DNA from: Euprymna scolopes
Taxonomy: Eukaryota
Length of the DNA stretch: 64,000 nt
Assembly (NCBI GenBank): GCA_053919585.1
Contig: CM132792.1
Strand: one strand, 5' to 3'
Each line of letters opens with the position of its first letter. The first letter of the stretch is position 1. The notes under the pieces are model-generated. The model saw nothing but the letters and a program-made list of their open reading frames with translations, made no database searches and was not told where the DNA came from. The translations under genes and the position numbers were made by a program. This document shows positions 61,426-64,000 of this stretch, in pieces.

Positions 61426-63020
61426 GATATTTATAAAAAAAAATGAATGTTATTGCCTAAGTCCATACGACTACAAAAGTAATATCTACACCCAAATAAA
61501 TGATATTTTTCATCTTACCTTTTCATTATCGATCTGAGGATATACTAAAGTTTTTAAATTAAAAGGTTAAATAAGTAATATGTACTCATTTTCCCACATA
61601 TATACTATAGGTAACGTAATGTTAATTCTTAACCCAGTTCTTTTCAAAGTGAGTACTCTTTAAAATTATAGAAATAGCCTGAATCGGACTGTAGGCATTT
61701 CCCGCATAACCCACCAGTTTATCCGGAAGAAACTACCCATCTCCTCATAAAAAGAGAGGTAATCCCTGAAAAGATGGTCCTCTAGGATATATTCACCTCT
61801 CAGTTCCAAACAATATGATACAAAGTTTGAAGGAGGAAATATAGAAGACCAGTATAAAAGAGGAAGAGCATTTTGTTCAACAACGTGCCCGAACGGTTCC
61901 GCCCGCATTCCTTCGTGAAAGCGGCTGGAGCAATTAGCAATAAATTAGCAATAAAGTTCTCAAAAAGAAATGGTCAGGTATGATAGACTGAATCTCCGAT
62001 ACCTCAGCCACCTAACACACATTTTTGAAGACGTATGATCTGGTTTAAAAAACACTACCATGTGTCTTTTGAGAGCAAGGAAAATCGGGAAATGTTTACA
62101 AAGAGAGGTCATAATGCGAGAAAACTCAGTATCCACATTAAAAACGGTTTTATGCTTATTATGATACGAGGAATCATTTTGAGTTAAAATTCGAGTTTCC
62201 CTTTTAGATAAACACATCAGATTAAGTTCGTGGCCCTTTTGTTTTGATTTAGCTCATTCATATGATTTTGACATAAGGATTTAAAACGTGATTTTTTTCA
62301 ATTTTACATGCATAATGCTAAATAGATATTAACGAGAAATTGTTCATCATTTAGTAATCTTTAACAAAAACAACAATATAGACCATTTTCAATGTTTATA
62401 CAGGTTTTTATAACGCGTTTTTCTCTGACCGCGATCTTAAAACATTAACCAAATCGTACCTGTTTTTTATGCGGAAGGCCGATTAAGTCTTTTCCGATTA
62501 ACATCGGTGATAAAAATCATTCCCCATTTCTTTATTGTAAACTGCACATATCTATGTCTGTGTTATTTCCGTCTGTTATGGCCGCCAAATGCTATAGTTG
62601 CAATTTGTAAAGCCATGCAGATTGGGCGAGGTTCCGTACACGCATCAGCAACGGATGCAAAGAATTAAATAACCCTACACTTTTACTAATGCCAATGAGT
62701 GTCATGTAAGGCTTCTGCGATGTTGAAATGATACGCCATTACAATGACTAAATAAATCACCGAGTTATTTCCTGTCGCCATTTGCTTTTTAGGCAGGACG
62801 CAGCTGTAATCATTAGCATGCATGAATGATGGAATTTATTAAATGCTTATATGTTCTGAATTTTTATATGAGAATTTATTATTCGTATTGTTTGAATTTT
62901 CAGAATATTGTTCTCATTTTAAGTGTTATTTTCACAACGTTTTGGTCAATGTAACGTCACTCTTTATTAATATAATAGTAAATACATATAAATAAAGCAG
63001 TAGGTGTATATATGTGTAGG

Positions 63021-63064
<44 letters not shown>

Positions 63065-64000
63065 AATATTTAACCGATACACTCTTTTACTTCTAATCAC
63101 ATAAAACTTTAAAAAAAGTTATACACCAATTATAGTTTATAAATATTAAAATCTTTGTTTGGATGGAAGAATAACGCACACATACATATATTAGCAAGTT
63201 GAATCGAAAACTGTTCATTTAAACTTGACGACATAATTTTACTTTTTTCAATTAATTTCTTCAAGTCGTTTAATATTAAATTTCTGTTACCCGTCTCTGG
63301 TCATTACACCAGTAGGAGACGCGACTGGAGCGATAAATGTTTTGGTTTTGTGTCTAGTGTATGGTACTTAAGTCAGTTAACTTTTGAAGTCAAGTCAGTT
63401 TTGTTTTAACTTTTAAATCACTAGTCTTGTAACAAAGTCAAGACACATGCAGCAGCAGCAACAACTCACGTATGCAAATTAAAAATCGTGACGCTAGTTG
63501 ACGTCACAGCGAAGAAAAAGAAGAAACAGAAAAGCGAAAGGAGATTTGGAATCGACAGCTAGGCGAAGCACGTGCAATCGGGAGAAACTTGAAAAACCCA
63601 CGGGCGGCGACTGGACTCGAGGAGGCGTTTCGACACAGGAGGAGAAAAACACGTGTTCACTACGGCAGAGTTTTGTTAACCACAATGTAAATGAAGAAAC
63701 TTGTAAAACCAAGATGCAGGCATAGTTTGGAAAGTAGTATGAATAAATACTTTTTATTTCAACTAAAACAAAACTATGGCGATTTTTCTCCCTTTTTTGT
63801 GCTATTTTGCGAATGTCTCTGCATGTGCTGAAAATGTAACGGTCACTTACCTAAGATTATTTGGTGCCGTGACCAAGATTATTTCACAAGTAGTTTAAAA
63901 TTTGCAAATAAAAGGTTACCATTAGAGATTAAACAAAAGGTTATCTCGAATAAACTCACCACAAGGGTCTGAGTAGCTAAGAGACAAATATGTCGACCTA

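Overview
This is AT-rich, repeat-dense eukaryotic nuclear DNA from a draft scaffold, with seven N-gaps (6671-6818, 12136-12279, 18609-18737, 34683-34813, 45194-45331, 53029-53176, 58889-59043). Most of the window is transposon debris: more than 10 copies or fragments of CR1/L2-type (APE+RT) LINEs in three subfamilies (my labels A, B, C), three Penelope-like elements with hammerhead-ribozyme motifs, a decayed Ty3/Gypsy pol, mariner and Tc1 transposons, hAT MITEs, non-autonomous Helitrons, SINE/RTE fragments, and micro- and minisatellites. No CRISPR array, rRNA or tRNA was seen, and no host gene can be named. The most interesting signal is convergent but indirect evidence that the host may read TAA/TAG as sense codons (probably Gln), with TGA as the only stop. 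First, a 350-codon TGA-free minus-strand frame at 4525-5574 carries in-frame polyQ and polyD tracts and has TAR codons in Gln-rich context. Second, in every LINE subfamily the apparent TAR stop is followed by an in-frame TGA in the 3' tail, despite different spacer lengths. A pseudogene explanation is not excluded, and the organism cannot be identified from this window.
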